Positions 35,500 through 43,847 of a DNA stretch of 63,744 bases are shown here, in pieces. Source of the stretch: Patescibacteria group bacterium. GTDB taxonomy: Bacteria; Patescibacteriota; Minisyncoccia; Phycocordibacterales; UBA2100. The notes beneath the pieces are model-generated. The model was given only the letters and a program-made list of their open reading frames with translations. It was not told the origin of the DNA and did not search any database. The stretch is from positions 1 through 63,744 of the forward strand of contig JBBTSX010000001.1 of assembly GCA_038064535.1 (NCBI GenBank), given 5' to 3'. Numbering within the stretch: the first letter of the stretch is position 1; each line of letters starts with the position of its first letter. The translations under genes and the position numbers were made by a program.

Positions 35500-35505
35500 G
35501 ACTCT

Positions 35506-35511
35506 ATTGTA
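35506..35511 (-). promoter_or_regulatory. -10 box TACAAT, 6 nt upstream of the giant-1 ATG (leaderless geometry)
   Basis: Same TACAAT-N6-ATG arrangement at giant 2 (41499..41504); the surrounding intergenic sequence is conserved between the two loci. Confidence 0.55.
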
Positions 35512-35565
35512 CCAGCGCGGCGGCGGTGTGCCGTAAATTACGGCTCATTTCGTGTATATAACGGA

Positions 35566-35609
35566 GATATCCCCAAGGGCTTGCTTTTTTCTTGGTTGTG
35601 TGGTATCAT
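35566..35609 (+). promoter_or_regulatory. conserved promoter module 1: box GATATCCCCAAGGGC, -35 TTGCTT, 17 nt, -10 TATCAT
   Basis: Same box, -35 and spacing at 35963..36006 and 41559..41602. Confidence 0.65.
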
Positions 35610-35659
35610 CCCATCTAGCTTAATTGGAGCTGGCCAATCATGGCCACAGAGAGGACGAC

Positions 35660-35833
35660 ATGAAAAAACTTATGCTCGCTGCCGTGGCTCTGGTTGCGCT
35701 TGCGTCTCCGGCGTTCGCCTTCGCGAACGATGGGACGCCACAGTCCGCTGCCATGACCACGACGACGCCCGCGTCTCCGGCGTCCGCCCCCGTGAACGAC
35801 GGCACGCCCCCAAGTTCCTCTACCAATCGCTAA
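35660..35833 (+). CDS. small secreted peptide 1 (57 aa)
   Basis: MKKLMLAAVALVALASPAFA signal peptide; mature part has two NDGTP repeats and is Thr/Pro/Ser-rich; AGAGAGGA region upstream of the ATG; terminator downstream. Confidence 0.6.
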   Translation: MKKLMLAAVALVALASPAFAFANDGTPQSAAMTTTTPASPASAPVNDGTPPSSSTNR

Positions 35834-35845
35834 GCGATTGCTCTG

Positions 35846-35885
35846 CCGGTCATTTGCCTCGCGCAAATGACCGGACTGCTTTTTG
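35846..35885 (+). terminator. intrinsic terminator
   Basis: CCGGTCATTTGC-ctcgc-GCAAATGACCGG followed by ACTGCTTTTT; stem homologous to the 36362 terminator. Confidence 0.75.
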
Positions 35886-35962
35886 ATGCCGGTCCTTTCG
35901 GGCGGTTGGGGAATAACAACAATACGGCTCAAATTCAAGCTATTTTCATGCTCATATCGTAG

Positions 35963-36006
35963 GATATCCACAGGGGCTTGCTTTTTACACGATTATGTGG
36001 TACGAT
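35963..36006 (+). promoter_or_regulatory. conserved promoter module 2: box GATATCCACAGGGGC, -35 TTGCTT, 17 nt, -10 TACGAT
   Basis: See module 1; downstream 5' UTR contains the identical 21-nt GGAGCTGGCCAATCATGGCCA. Confidence 0.65.
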
Positions 36007-36052
36007 GTCCCCCAGTTGTTAGGAGCTGGCCAATCATGGCCAAGGAGGACAA

Positions 36053-36346
36053 ATGAAACACATCGTTCTCGTTGCTTTGGCCATGATGGGATTCACCGCC
36101 GTGGCCAATGCGCTGAGTCTCGAGAAGTACGAGATAATCTTTCAGCCGCTGGGGCTGGAACGTGCAGTGAAGGTCAACGGCATGGACTGCCTTATGACCA
36201 CGCCGTACGACACGCACGCGCGATGCGGCACTGAACGGGTCAACCTTAAGCGCTGTGAATTTCCGGCGTTCGAGGGTGGAAGCCTTGTTTGTCATCTCGC
36301 CCCCCCGTGGCCGCCCACTGCTCCAACCCACAACATCCGCCGCTAA
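36053..36346 (+). CDS. small secreted Cys-containing protein 2 (97 aa)
   Basis: AAGGAGG-N5-ATG; signal peptide MKHIVLVALAMMGFTAVANA; 4 Cys in the mature part. Confidence 0.6.
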   Translation: MKHIVLVALAMMGFTAVANALSLEKYEIIFQPLGLERAVKVNGMDCLMTTPYDTHARCGTERVNLKRCEFPAFEGGSLVCHLAPPWPPTAPTHNIRR

Positions 36347-36361
36347 CCGGCGCATGTGTTA

Positions 36362-36399
36362 CCGGTCGTTTGCTCACGCAAACGATCGGTATTGCTTTT
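36362..36399 (+). terminator. intrinsic terminator
   Basis: CCGGTCGTTTGC-tcac-GCAAACGATCGG followed by TATTGCTTTT. Confidence 0.75.
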
Positions 36400-36452
36400 C
36401 ATATATGCAACAAACGGTGTTCCCTCTTTCAGACAGTGCTAGTATGTATCAT

Positions 36453-36743
36453 ATGGTAGAGAAATGGAGCAGACGCGATGTGTTGAAACGTGCGGTCGTT
36501 GCAGGAGCCGCACTCACTTTGGGGGCACGCGAAGGTGTCGCAAAGCAAAGCCCGTCCAACGACATGCCTGCCGTAACAGAGTCATCTGTCAAAGACCGGG
36601 AGGAAATTCAGGAATTGGATAGAATAAACCGTGAGATGCAGGATGCGATTAAAAAAGGAGATTTGGAGAAAATACGGAGACTGACCGATGACCTCGAGAA
36701 TCACCTCAAGCGACTAATGGAACGCGAGGGTAAACCCCGTTAG
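36453..36743 (+). CDS. small Tat-signal protein with coiled-coil C-terminus (96 aa)
   Basis: TAGTAT (36440..36445)-N7-ATG 36453; MVEKWSRRDVLKRAVVAGAALTLGA twin-arginine signal; last two codons and the stop come from repeat A7. Confidence 0.6.
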   Translation: MVEKWSRRDVLKRAVVAGAALTLGAREGVAKQSPSNDMPAVTESSVKDREEIQELDRINREMQDAIKKGDLEKIRRLTDDLENHLKRLMEREGKPR

Positions 36744-36833
36744 AAGCTCACGCGGGGTATTGAACCCCACGTTCGCATAATTGATTTGACATTCCTCCGC
36801 GGCAAGCCGCGGGGCATTCTGCTTCTAACGGGG
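36735..36833. repeat. family A foldback element copy A7
   Basis: CCCCGTTAGAAGC (36735..36747) / GCTTCTAACGGGG (36821..36833); direct repeat GGTAAA at 36729..36734 and 36832..36837. Confidence 0.85.
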
Positions 36834-36848
36834 TAAATGAGTTTGCGC

Positions 36849-39800
36849 TCACCGCCGTATCCATATGCCTCGAAGTCTGGCCAAGCCCGCCTCGAGCTTT
36901 GGGCTGCTGCGCAACCTTTCCATTGCAACGTTCTCAATATACGCTCGACCAACCCATCCCCTAGTAGGGTCATTGAGCGCCTCATTGATACCGGTCTGAA
37001 CTTGATTGCGGGCGGTATTGATGCGTGCTATCGAAGTGTTGACTTGGTCAATCGAACTCTGAATTTTATCGGCGAGTTTCTTGTCGCCCGCATCCAATGC
37101 CGCCTGTTTCGCTTCTTGAAGCACAGGTCTTGAATCTTTCAGCGATTCCAGCACATCGTTCCCTGCGCTCTTAAAACTGCTGAGGGTTGAGTCTGGATTC
37201 TTCAGAACTTTCTCCAGTTGGTCGGTGTTGTCTCTCACGTCTTGAAGTGCCGCGTGAGCATTGCCGACGGCCTCTTGTTTTTTTGCTTCCGTTACTTCAG
37301 GTCGGGGCTGAGGAAGCGGGATTGCCTCTCCCTCCCCGATTGCGGTTGCGGCGGTAGTTTCTTTTGCCGGTGCGCTATCGGCGGCAACCTGCGACGACGC
37401 GCCTTCACCGGCAGTTTCACTGGCAAACGACCGCGCCGCTTGATCGTTGGCGACATTTTCTGTGATTTGCTTGTCTGACAAGAGCAGGTCTTTCGGCTCA
37501 AACTGATTCAGATACGAGAGGTCCGCCACAGACAAATCCGGCTCTTTGGCTTCCGGCGCTTCTACATTCGCTACTTCATCGCCGAATGTGCGGGCGGCCT
37601 GATCATTTACAATATCTGTAGCCACTTGTTCATGCGACACGAGAAGGTCTTTTGGTGCCGCATCGTCGAGATATGCAAGATTCTTATCCGGAATTATTGT
37701 CTCCGTCGGAATCGCAGGATTCAGAGAATCGGGCGGAGCCTGATTGTAGGCTCCTACAGCGAGGTCCTGCGGAGAAGTCGCCTCTTTTACCTGCGCCTCA
37801 ATATCTTTGCCGCTTTCTGCGGTGAAGATTTTCGGATCCCATAGCGGCACCGGAATGCGTTCTTCTATTGGAATTACTTTTTCCGTTTCTTTTTCCGGTG
37901 CAAAAGTAGACGCGGCCTGTTCAATCGGGTTGCCGTTGCCGTCTATATCCTGCGGGCGCGGCGTCGGTAGCGGCACTTCCGGAGCCGACGGCGTTATGAG
38001 CGCCGCGTCTCTCCCCGTGCCGCCCAACTCCTTTTCGAGCCCGCCGGACGCGACGTAGTTATTGCTTCCGCTCCTCGTGTAATCCGTGACCGGAACATTT
38101 TCTACCGTCCTATCACCCACCTGCACGTTCACCTTGTCACCGATTTTGAGACCCTGCGGATTGTCGCGCGGCACAGCGATGCCCTGCATGTCTCCGGCAA
38201 GCGGAGTGCCTCCCGCCGCGGAGCTCCTGCTGTCTGCTCCGCACACACCTCCCCCTCCTTGGCAGCCGAGTGCGACCAGCTTCTGCCCGCCGGAATCATA
38301 CGGATTACCTCTGTTTTCTTCGATGGAATTCCACGGTTTGGCGTCTGGATTCGCGAGGCGTTCGAGCGGCGGCTGTTGTGCGGCTTCTTGCACGGATGCG
38401 GCTGTCGGCGCACCTTCCGGTCGTGCGGGCGGGAGCGGAACTGTTTCTTGAATGGGTTGCAAGCGATTGTCCGAACCGGCATTGGCGGCAATGATGTCCG
38501 CTGTCTTGCCCCCGCCGGATTCCGCCGCCGGAATACTCAACGGTCGTTCCGGTGGAAGCCGCACATCAGTTACGGTTATCTCCGGCCGCGGCGGAGGGAG
38601 CCGCACCTCATCAACGGGTGTATCTGTACCCGATGGCGGCACGTCACTGATTTTCGTTTCTCCGGGTATTGATACCGTCGGTGCAGGTGCCACATCGGTC
38701 CGAAGCGCATCGTTGGACGGGTATTCAAGTGCAAGATTGCCGACAATATTCGGCTCGGGCCAGTCTTTGGAGTCAATGGTATTGAATGCCTGTTGAGCAG
38801 CAATACTGGCATTTTCCTGTGCGCTCATCGCCGTGTTTCCTTCCCAACCGTTTGCGAAAGCGTTGAACGCCGCATTGTCGGTCATAATCTGGTTTTGCCC
38901 AGAAGATACGGCGGCACCACCCTCCCACCCTCCGGCAAATGAGTTGACAGCCGCGTTCTCGGCAAGCGTTTGATTTTGTCCCGTGGACAACGCGGCACCG
39001 TTTTCCCAACCGCCGCCAAATGCGTTGATTGCCTGATTCTGGAAGCCCTGTTCCGCAACTGCAAGATTCCCACTACTTTCACCGTACATATCGTACGGGC
39101 TGTTGGTGCCGGTCCACCCGCCGTTCATCTTCGTACTGGTGTCGACCACATCGCCGCCGTAATAACTCGCATTTTGGAGCGGCTGCTGGTCGATGTACGA
39201 TCCCGCTGGTCGCGCCGAATAGGGCAAATCATTACTGCCCCCGACATTGTCGACCGGTCTCGTCTGTGTAATCTCCGCATTTCCCGAATCCGGCAAACCG
39301 GAGTATTGCGTATACGTCTGATAACGCTCATTCAGGAACGGCTGGTTGCTCGCAAGTCTCATCGCTTCGGCGTCGGAGTTCGCGAAGCCGGTTGCAATGT
39401 CAAGCTTGTCAGGTCTTCCGACGAAATCACTCCCGGTGTCATGGATGTAGACCGGAACGTTCTCGAGCGTGTACTGTTTGCCATCAATTGCACTCCTGTA
39501 CGTGATACTAGGAATTTCGTATGTTTGGCCCATTCGTTTGGTAAGGTCGGACGCACCGGTCACATATTCTGATTCCCCGCGCCTATAATTATCGAGTGTC
39601 CGAACGAGCCTTTCGCCATCGAGCCCGGGTCGCGCGCTTTCACGACCGCCCTGCATCGGACACGCGCTTGCGCTCGGACACGGCAGATAGGCAGTCACAT
39701 CAAATTTCGTCTCCCCTATTGCCTTTACCGATATGACTCCTTCCCGCTCTTTTGAAGCATCCGGCTTCATCTCTCCTTGAATATCTCTCGGGGGTTCTTT

Positions 39801-41492
39801 CGACAATGTCTCCTCAGGTCCTTTAGGTAATTCCTTGGTCGATATCTTGCTCCAATCAATCTCCGTCGAAGCGTCTGATTTATTCGGATTATCCAATGCC
39901 GCGTTTTCCGCAAAACCGGTGGCGGGCCGGGCCGGCAGTGAACCGGGGCTGACCGACTCTGCAATGAGCGGCGGCGTAGCCGTTATGGCGTTGCCGTTTG
40001 CGTCGACTGGTGGCGCGGATGCATCTTCTGCCAGTCGCTCCGGCGTCGGCCCGAATGCAACATAGGGAGACTCCGCGTCGATGTTCACCGCGCATGCAAT
40101 GTTTGTGCACGCGGATGATCCGTTTACCCACCAGTCATTTGCCCCACTTACGACGGTACCGAAGTTTGATTGCCCCTCCCCCTTGCTCACCCAATCGCCG
40201 GAAAGATCAGCCGCAATCGGGATTACACTCTTGACGGTCGCACCTGTCTCGAACACAACCGGTTGTCCCGTCGCGTTCACGATATCTTGCGCCGTGATGC
40301 TGTTTGGATTCTCGGGAGCAGTCTGCAACGAGGCGGGCTCCTGACCCACCTGCCCGGGAGCAAAGTTCGCGGCTATTTGATTCGCCGCGTTGTACGGATA
40401 CAGAAGCGGAGTGTTTGCAAGCGACCCGTTCGCCGGAGCCGTCCAGCTGGTGGATATGGGTGGGGTGAATACGCCAGCGTTTGCTATTTCGTTGCCCAGC
40501 AGTGGGGCCAGAGCGGTCGGTATTGTAGGGCTAGTGGGCATCTGAATCGCCCATGGGTCTGAAGCGCTCGGTGCAAACGGAATGGGGGCTACTGTGTTGC
40601 CGGCGGTTGGAAACGGTGTGACGGGGCCGGAAGACGGATTAAGTGCCAGACCTTGTGTGGAGAGCGGATTAAACCCGGTCGTCGGGGCAACCGATGGTGA
40701 ATATGGCGTACCGGGATAATACCCATTGCCGGCATTGAGTGACTCGAGTCCCTGCGGAGCACCGCTCGACTGCGGGAACATTGACGAAGTATTACTCATG
40801 CCGAGATAATCAGAATTGAATGACGACACTGGGTTCAGTGTCTGTTCCAAAATGGACTGCCCCGGTTGGAATCCGGAATACCCATACCCTCCGAGTGAGT
40901 TTTCCGGGGTAATTCCGTACTGCTGGCTGAGCATATTATTAATATCCCCACCAGATGTATCCGGCGCATTTGCTGTGCCGGGAATGGTCTGAAATTCTTC
41001 GGTGCCGTTCTTAAACGCATTATCTATCTGCTCGGGCGTCTTCTGCTCCACGGGTTTCCACGGTGCATTCTCGCCCGTTTGATTGGGAGTACCTCCCGCA
41101 CCTGTCGTATCACCGGCCGGTATTTCCGGCTTTTTGACGTCTCCCGCATATTTACAATCATCTTGCGCGTGGCACTTGCCCGGCACCGTGCCCGACACGT
41201 CCGGTACAGTGGTCGGACATGACTTCCCGTATAGGTTGGTGATTGTCCTGAACGTCTTGAGCGTATTGTCCCATTCCTGCCATTGCTTCCCTTTCGTCGC
41301 GTCGTACTTATTGTTCCTGTCCGGAGCGGGACAGTCTTTATTAGCATTATTGACCGATGGTCCCGATGAAAACCCGGAACCACTGGACCCTCCCGGCATT
41401 GATAAAACCGTCTGCGCATGCGTCAGTGAAACAAATGCGAGACTCAAAAAGGCCGATAGGACAAAAGTAGTCGCTATGCGACTCCGGTACAT
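36849..41492 (-). CDS. giant secreted protein 2 (1547 aa) with 3D-like and DPBB-like putative peptidoglycan-lytic domains
   Basis: Signal peptide MYRSRIATTFVLSAFLSLAFVSLTHAQ; N-domain homologous to giant 1; 3D-like region (39378..39701: TAYLPCPSASACP...VPVYIHDTGSDFVGRPDKLDIAT); DPBB-like region (38013..38270); internal tandem repeats. Confidence 0.85.
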   Translation of the reverse strand: MYRSRIATTFVLSAFLSLAFVSLTHAQTVLSMPGGSSGSGFSSGPSVNNANKDCPAPDRNNKYDATKGKQWQEWDNTLKTFRTITNLYGKSCPTTVPDVSGTVPGKCHAQDDCKYAGDVKKPEIPAGDTTGAGGTPNQTGENAPWKPVEQKTPEQIDNAFKNGTEEFQTIPGTANAPDTSGGDINNMLSQQYGITPENSLGGYGYSGFQPGQSILEQTLNPVSSFNSDYLGMSNTSSMFPQSSGAPQGLESLNAGNGYYPGTPYSPSVAPTTGFNPLSTQGLALNPSSGPVTPFPTAGNTVAPIPFAPSASDPWAIQMPTSPTIPTALAPLLGNEIANAGVFTPPISTSWTAPANGSLANTPLLYPYNAANQIAANFAPGQVGQEPASLQTAPENPNSITAQDIVNATGQPVVFETGATVKSVIPIAADLSGDWVSKGEGQSNFGTVVSGANDWWVNGSSACTNIACAVNIDAESPYVAFGPTPERLAEDASAPPVDANGNAITATPPLIAESVSPGSLPARPATGFAENAALDNPNKSDASTEIDWSKISTKELPKGPEETLSKEPPRDIQGEMKPDASKEREGVISVKAIGETKFDVTAYLPCPSASACPMQGGRESARPGLDGERLVRTLDNYRRGESEYVTGASDLTKRMGQTYEIPSITYRSAIDGKQYTLENVPVYIHDTGSDFVGRPDKLDIATGFANSDAEAMRLASNQPFLNERYQTYTQYSGLPDSGNAEITQTRPVDNVGGSNDLPYSARPAGSYIDQQPLQNASYYGGDVVDTSTKMNGGWTGTNSPYDMYGESSGNLAVAEQGFQNQAINAFGGGWENGAALSTGQNQTLAENAAVNSFAGGWEGGAAVSSGQNQIMTDNAAFNAFANGWEGNTAMSAQENASIAAQQAFNTIDSKDWPEPNIVGNLALEYPSNDALRTDVAPAPTVSIPGETKISDVPPSGTDTPVDEVRLPPPRPEITVTDVRLPPERPLSIPAAESGGGKTADIIAANAGSDNRLQPIQETVPLPPARPEGAPTAASVQEAAQQPPLERLANPDAKPWNSIEENRGNPYDSGGQKLVALGCQGGGGVCGADSRSSAAGGTPLAGDMQGIAVPRDNPQGLKIGDKVNVQVGDRTVENVPVTDYTRSGSNNYVASGGLEKELGGTGRDAALITPSAPEVPLPTPRPQDIDGNGNPIEQAASTFAPEKETEKVIPIEERIPVPLWDPKIFTAESGKDIEAQVKEATSPQDLAVGAYNQAPPDSLNPAIPTETIIPDKNLAYLDDAAPKDLLVSHEQVATDIVNDQAARTFGDEVANVEAPEAKEPDLSVADLSYLNQFEPKDLLLSDKQITENVANDQAARSFASETAGEGASSQVAADSAPAKETTAATAIGEGEAIPLPQPRPEVTEAKKQEAVGNAHAALQDVRDNTDQLEKVLKNPDSTLSSFKSAGNDVLESLKDSRPVLQEAKQAALDAGDKKLADKIQSSIDQVNTSIARINTARNQVQTGINEALNDPTRGWVGRAYIENVAMERLRSSPKLEAGLARLRGIWIRR

Positions 41493-41498
41493 TGTCCC

Positions 41499-41504
41499 AT
41501 TGTA
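41499..41504 (-). promoter_or_regulatory. -10 box TACAAT, 6 nt upstream of the giant-2 ATG (leaderless geometry)
   Basis: Mirrors 35506..35511. Confidence 0.55.
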
Positions 41505-41558
41505 GCAGTACGGCGGCCGTGTAGTGCAAATTGCGGCCCATTTAGTGTATATAACTGG

Positions 41559-41602
41559 GATATCCCCACGGGCTTGCTTTTCCGACAGTTATGTGTTAGT
41601 AT
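41559..41602 (+). promoter_or_regulatory. conserved promoter module 3: box GATATCCCCACGGGC, -35 TTGCTT, 17 nt, -10 TAGTAT
   Basis: Third copy of the module. Confidence 0.65.
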
Positions 41603-41645
41603 TAAACGAGTGACCCTGGGCCATTTCGGCCTCAAGGAGGGAGTC

Positions 41646-41924
41646 ATGAAAAAGACCGTTCTTGCAGTCGTGCTCGCTGTATTGGCGCTGGGGTTTACCG
41701 TCCCGGCAAATGCTCAGTCGGCTCAGGAGCTGACGGCGTTCCAACACATTCGCTCGCTCGATGTGCAAACGTTCGTAGCGCGTCAGGCGCAGGCCGAAGC
41801 GTGCACATGGACCCCGACGCAGGCGAAATACTTCGAGTGCCTGCAGTCGTACAACCGCAGCATCGCGCAGTTGCAGCAAGAAGCTGCAATCGCAATCGCC
41901 AAGGACATCGCCGGCAAGAAGTAG
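41646..41924 (+). CDS. small secreted protein 3 (92 aa)
   Basis: AAGGAGGG-N5-ATG; signal peptide MKKTVLAVVLAVLALGFTVPANA; 2 Cys; helical mature part. Confidence 0.6.
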   Translation: MKKTVLAVVLAVLALGFTVPANAQSAQELTAFQHIRSLDVQTFVARQAQAEACTWTPTQAKYFECLQSYNRSIAQLQQEAAIAIAKDIAGKK

Positions 41925-41935
41925 TCGGAGCATCA

Positions 41936-41975
41936 CTGGTCACTCGCACCTCGCGGGTGACCAGCTCTCTTTTTT
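41936..41975 (+). terminator. intrinsic terminator
   Basis: CTGGTCAC-tcgcacctcgcgg-GTGACCAG followed by CTCTCTTTTTT. Confidence 0.7.
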
Positions 41976-42036
41976 GAATTATGCCTTGGCCCGTTTTCCC
42001 GACTCAAGCGAATGCGGCGATGGCGTCAGGAACATC

Positions 42037-42163
42037 GCGCAGATTTCGCACCAAAAGCGAGTGCGGATATTACTTTTACCGTCTTCGTAGGCCCGACGGG
42101 GCCGAGATTGAGCGCTGGCGCAGTAGCGCCAGATAGCGACGGCAAAAGTAATGCCCGCCGAGC
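42037..42163. repeat. family B structured ~125-nt element, copy 2
   Basis: Homologous to 12861..12990; outer stem 42068..42082 / 42138..42152; inner hairpins GGCCC-gacg-GGGCC and CTGGCGC-agta-GCGCCAG; ends 2 nt from the groEL stop. Confidence 0.85.
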
Positions 42164-42164
42164 C

Positions 42165-43820
42165 CTACATGTCCTCCCCCATGCCTCCGCCCATACCGCC
42201 TGCGGACGACTTCTTCTCTTCGGGAATGTCGGCAACCGCCGCTTCGGTCGTGAGGAGCACGGCGGCGGCTGAAGCTGAGTTCTCTACAGCAGAACGTGTA
42301 ACTTTGACGGGGTCAATGATTCCCGCCTCATACATGTCGACGATTTGTTCCGTCATCGCGTCCCAACCCATAGCGTTTGACTTTTTAACTTGTTCGAGAA
42401 TAAGCGCCGCGTCCTCGCGTCCGGTGTTGTAAACAATTTGTTTCAACGGTGCTTGGAGTGCTTTCATTACAATGAGGTATCCGCTTTGAAACTCAGCGTT
42501 CTGAGTCGATTTTTGTTTTTCGTTCATCGCGTGGAATTTCTGATGTAGTTTTTCTGCTACTTTCACAAGCGCCGCGCCGCCCCCCGGCACGATGCCTTCG
42601 GCTATCGCGGCCTTGGTCGCATTGACCGCGTCCTCGATTTTGTCTTTGAGGTATTTCATCTCCGTTTCCGTCGCCGCACCCACGCGGATGACAGCGACGC
42701 CGCCCGAGAGTTTCGCAATGCGTTCGTCGAGTTTCTCTTTGTCGAATTTGGAATCGGTCTGTTCGATTTGTGCACGCAGTTGGCCCACACGCTTTTCGAT
42801 GTCGGCCTTCTTGCCTTTGCCACCGACGATGGTCGTCGAGTCTTTTGTCGCGATGATGCGATTGGCACGACCGAGCATATTCAATTCCGCTTTTTCGAGC
42901 GAGAGACCGAGGTCTTCGGTGATGACCTGCGCGCCCACCGTGATGGCGATGTCAGAGAGCATTTCTTTCTTGCGGTCGCCGTATCCCGGCGCTTTGACCG
43001 CAAGCACGTTGAACACACCTTTCAATTTATTGACGACGAATGTCGCGAGAGCTTCCCCGTCCACATCGTCGGCGATGATGACAAGGTCCCGCTTGCCGCT
43101 CTGCGCAAGCTTTTCGAGCAGTGGGAGAATGTCTTTGATAACGGAAATCTTTTTGTCGGTAATGAGAATGGATGCGTCCTTTGCTTCGGCTTCCATGCGC
43201 TCCGCATTCGTAATCATGTACGCCGAGACATAGCCCTTGTCGAACTCCATTCCTTCCACATAGTCGGTCTCGATGCCGATAGATTGTGATTCTTCTACCG
43301 TAACGACGCCGTCCTTGCCGACTTTCTCGACGATGTCCGCAATCGCTTTGCCGAGCTCCGCGCTTTCGGCGGCTATGGTCGCAACTTGGCGCACGTCTTC
43401 TTTGCCTTTGACCGGCTTCGCCATCGTTTTGAGCGCAGCGACCGCATCAGCGGCCGCGGCTTCGATACCGTGGCGCACCATCATGGAATTAGCGCCCATC
43501 GCGGTGCGCTTGAGTCCCTCGTGAATGATTGCCTGCGTGAGAACGACTGCGGTAGTCGTGCCGTCACCGGCCTTGTCGTTGGTCTTGGTCGCGACTTCTT
43601 TCACGATGCTCGCGCCCATGTTCTCGAATTTGTCGGCAAGCGTGATTTCCTTGGCGATAGAAACGCCGTCGTTGGTAATGGTGGGACCGCCCCACGATTT
43701 ATCGAGGGCGACATTGCGTCCTTTGGGACCGAGCGTGACGCGCACCGCGCCTGCGACGATATCGACGCCGCGCTTGAGCGCCGCGCGGACCTCTGTGTCA
43801 AAAATTACCTGTTTTGCCAT
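42165..43820 (-). CDS. groL: chaperonin GroEL
   Basis: [20 protein letters not shown]...AGDGTTTA...; C-terminal GGMGGGMG tail. Confidence 0.97.
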   Translation of the reverse strand: MAKQVIFDTEVRAALKRGVDIVAGAVRVTLGPKGRNVALDKSWGGPTITNDGVSIAKEITLADKFENMGASIVKEVATKTNDKAGDGTTTAVVLTQAIIHEGLKRTAMGANSMMVRHGIEAAAADAVAALKTMAKPVKGKEDVRQVATIAAESAELGKAIADIVEKVGKDGVVTVEESQSIGIETDYVEGMEFDKGYVSAYMITNAERMEAEAKDASILITDKKISVIKDILPLLEKLAQSGKRDLVIIADDVDGEALATFVVNKLKGVFNVLAVKAPGYGDRKKEMLSDIAITVGAQVITEDLGLSLEKAELNMLGRANRIIATKDSTTIVGGKGKKADIEKRVGQLRAQIEQTDSKFDKEKLDERIAKLSGGVAVIRVGAATETEMKYLKDKIEDAVNATKAAIAEGIVPGGGAALVKVAEKLHQKFHAMNEKQKSTQNAEFQSGYLIVMKALQAPLKQIVYNTGREDAALILEQVKKSNAMGWDAMTEQIVDMYEAGIIDPVKVTRSAVENSASAAAVLLTTEAAVADIPEEKKSSAGGMGGGMGEDM

Positions 43821-43847
43821 AAGAATAGGTTGTAGGTTTTAGTAAAA

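Noticed and set aside
31378-41492. Diversity-generating retroelement, or a toxin-delivery (T6SS/T7SS, polymorphic toxin) interpretation of the giant-gene locus
   Set aside because: The window has no reverse transcriptase and no template/variable repeat pair. I could also recognise no secretion-system core genes, Rhs/YD or PAAR motifs, and no C-terminal toxin-immunity pair.
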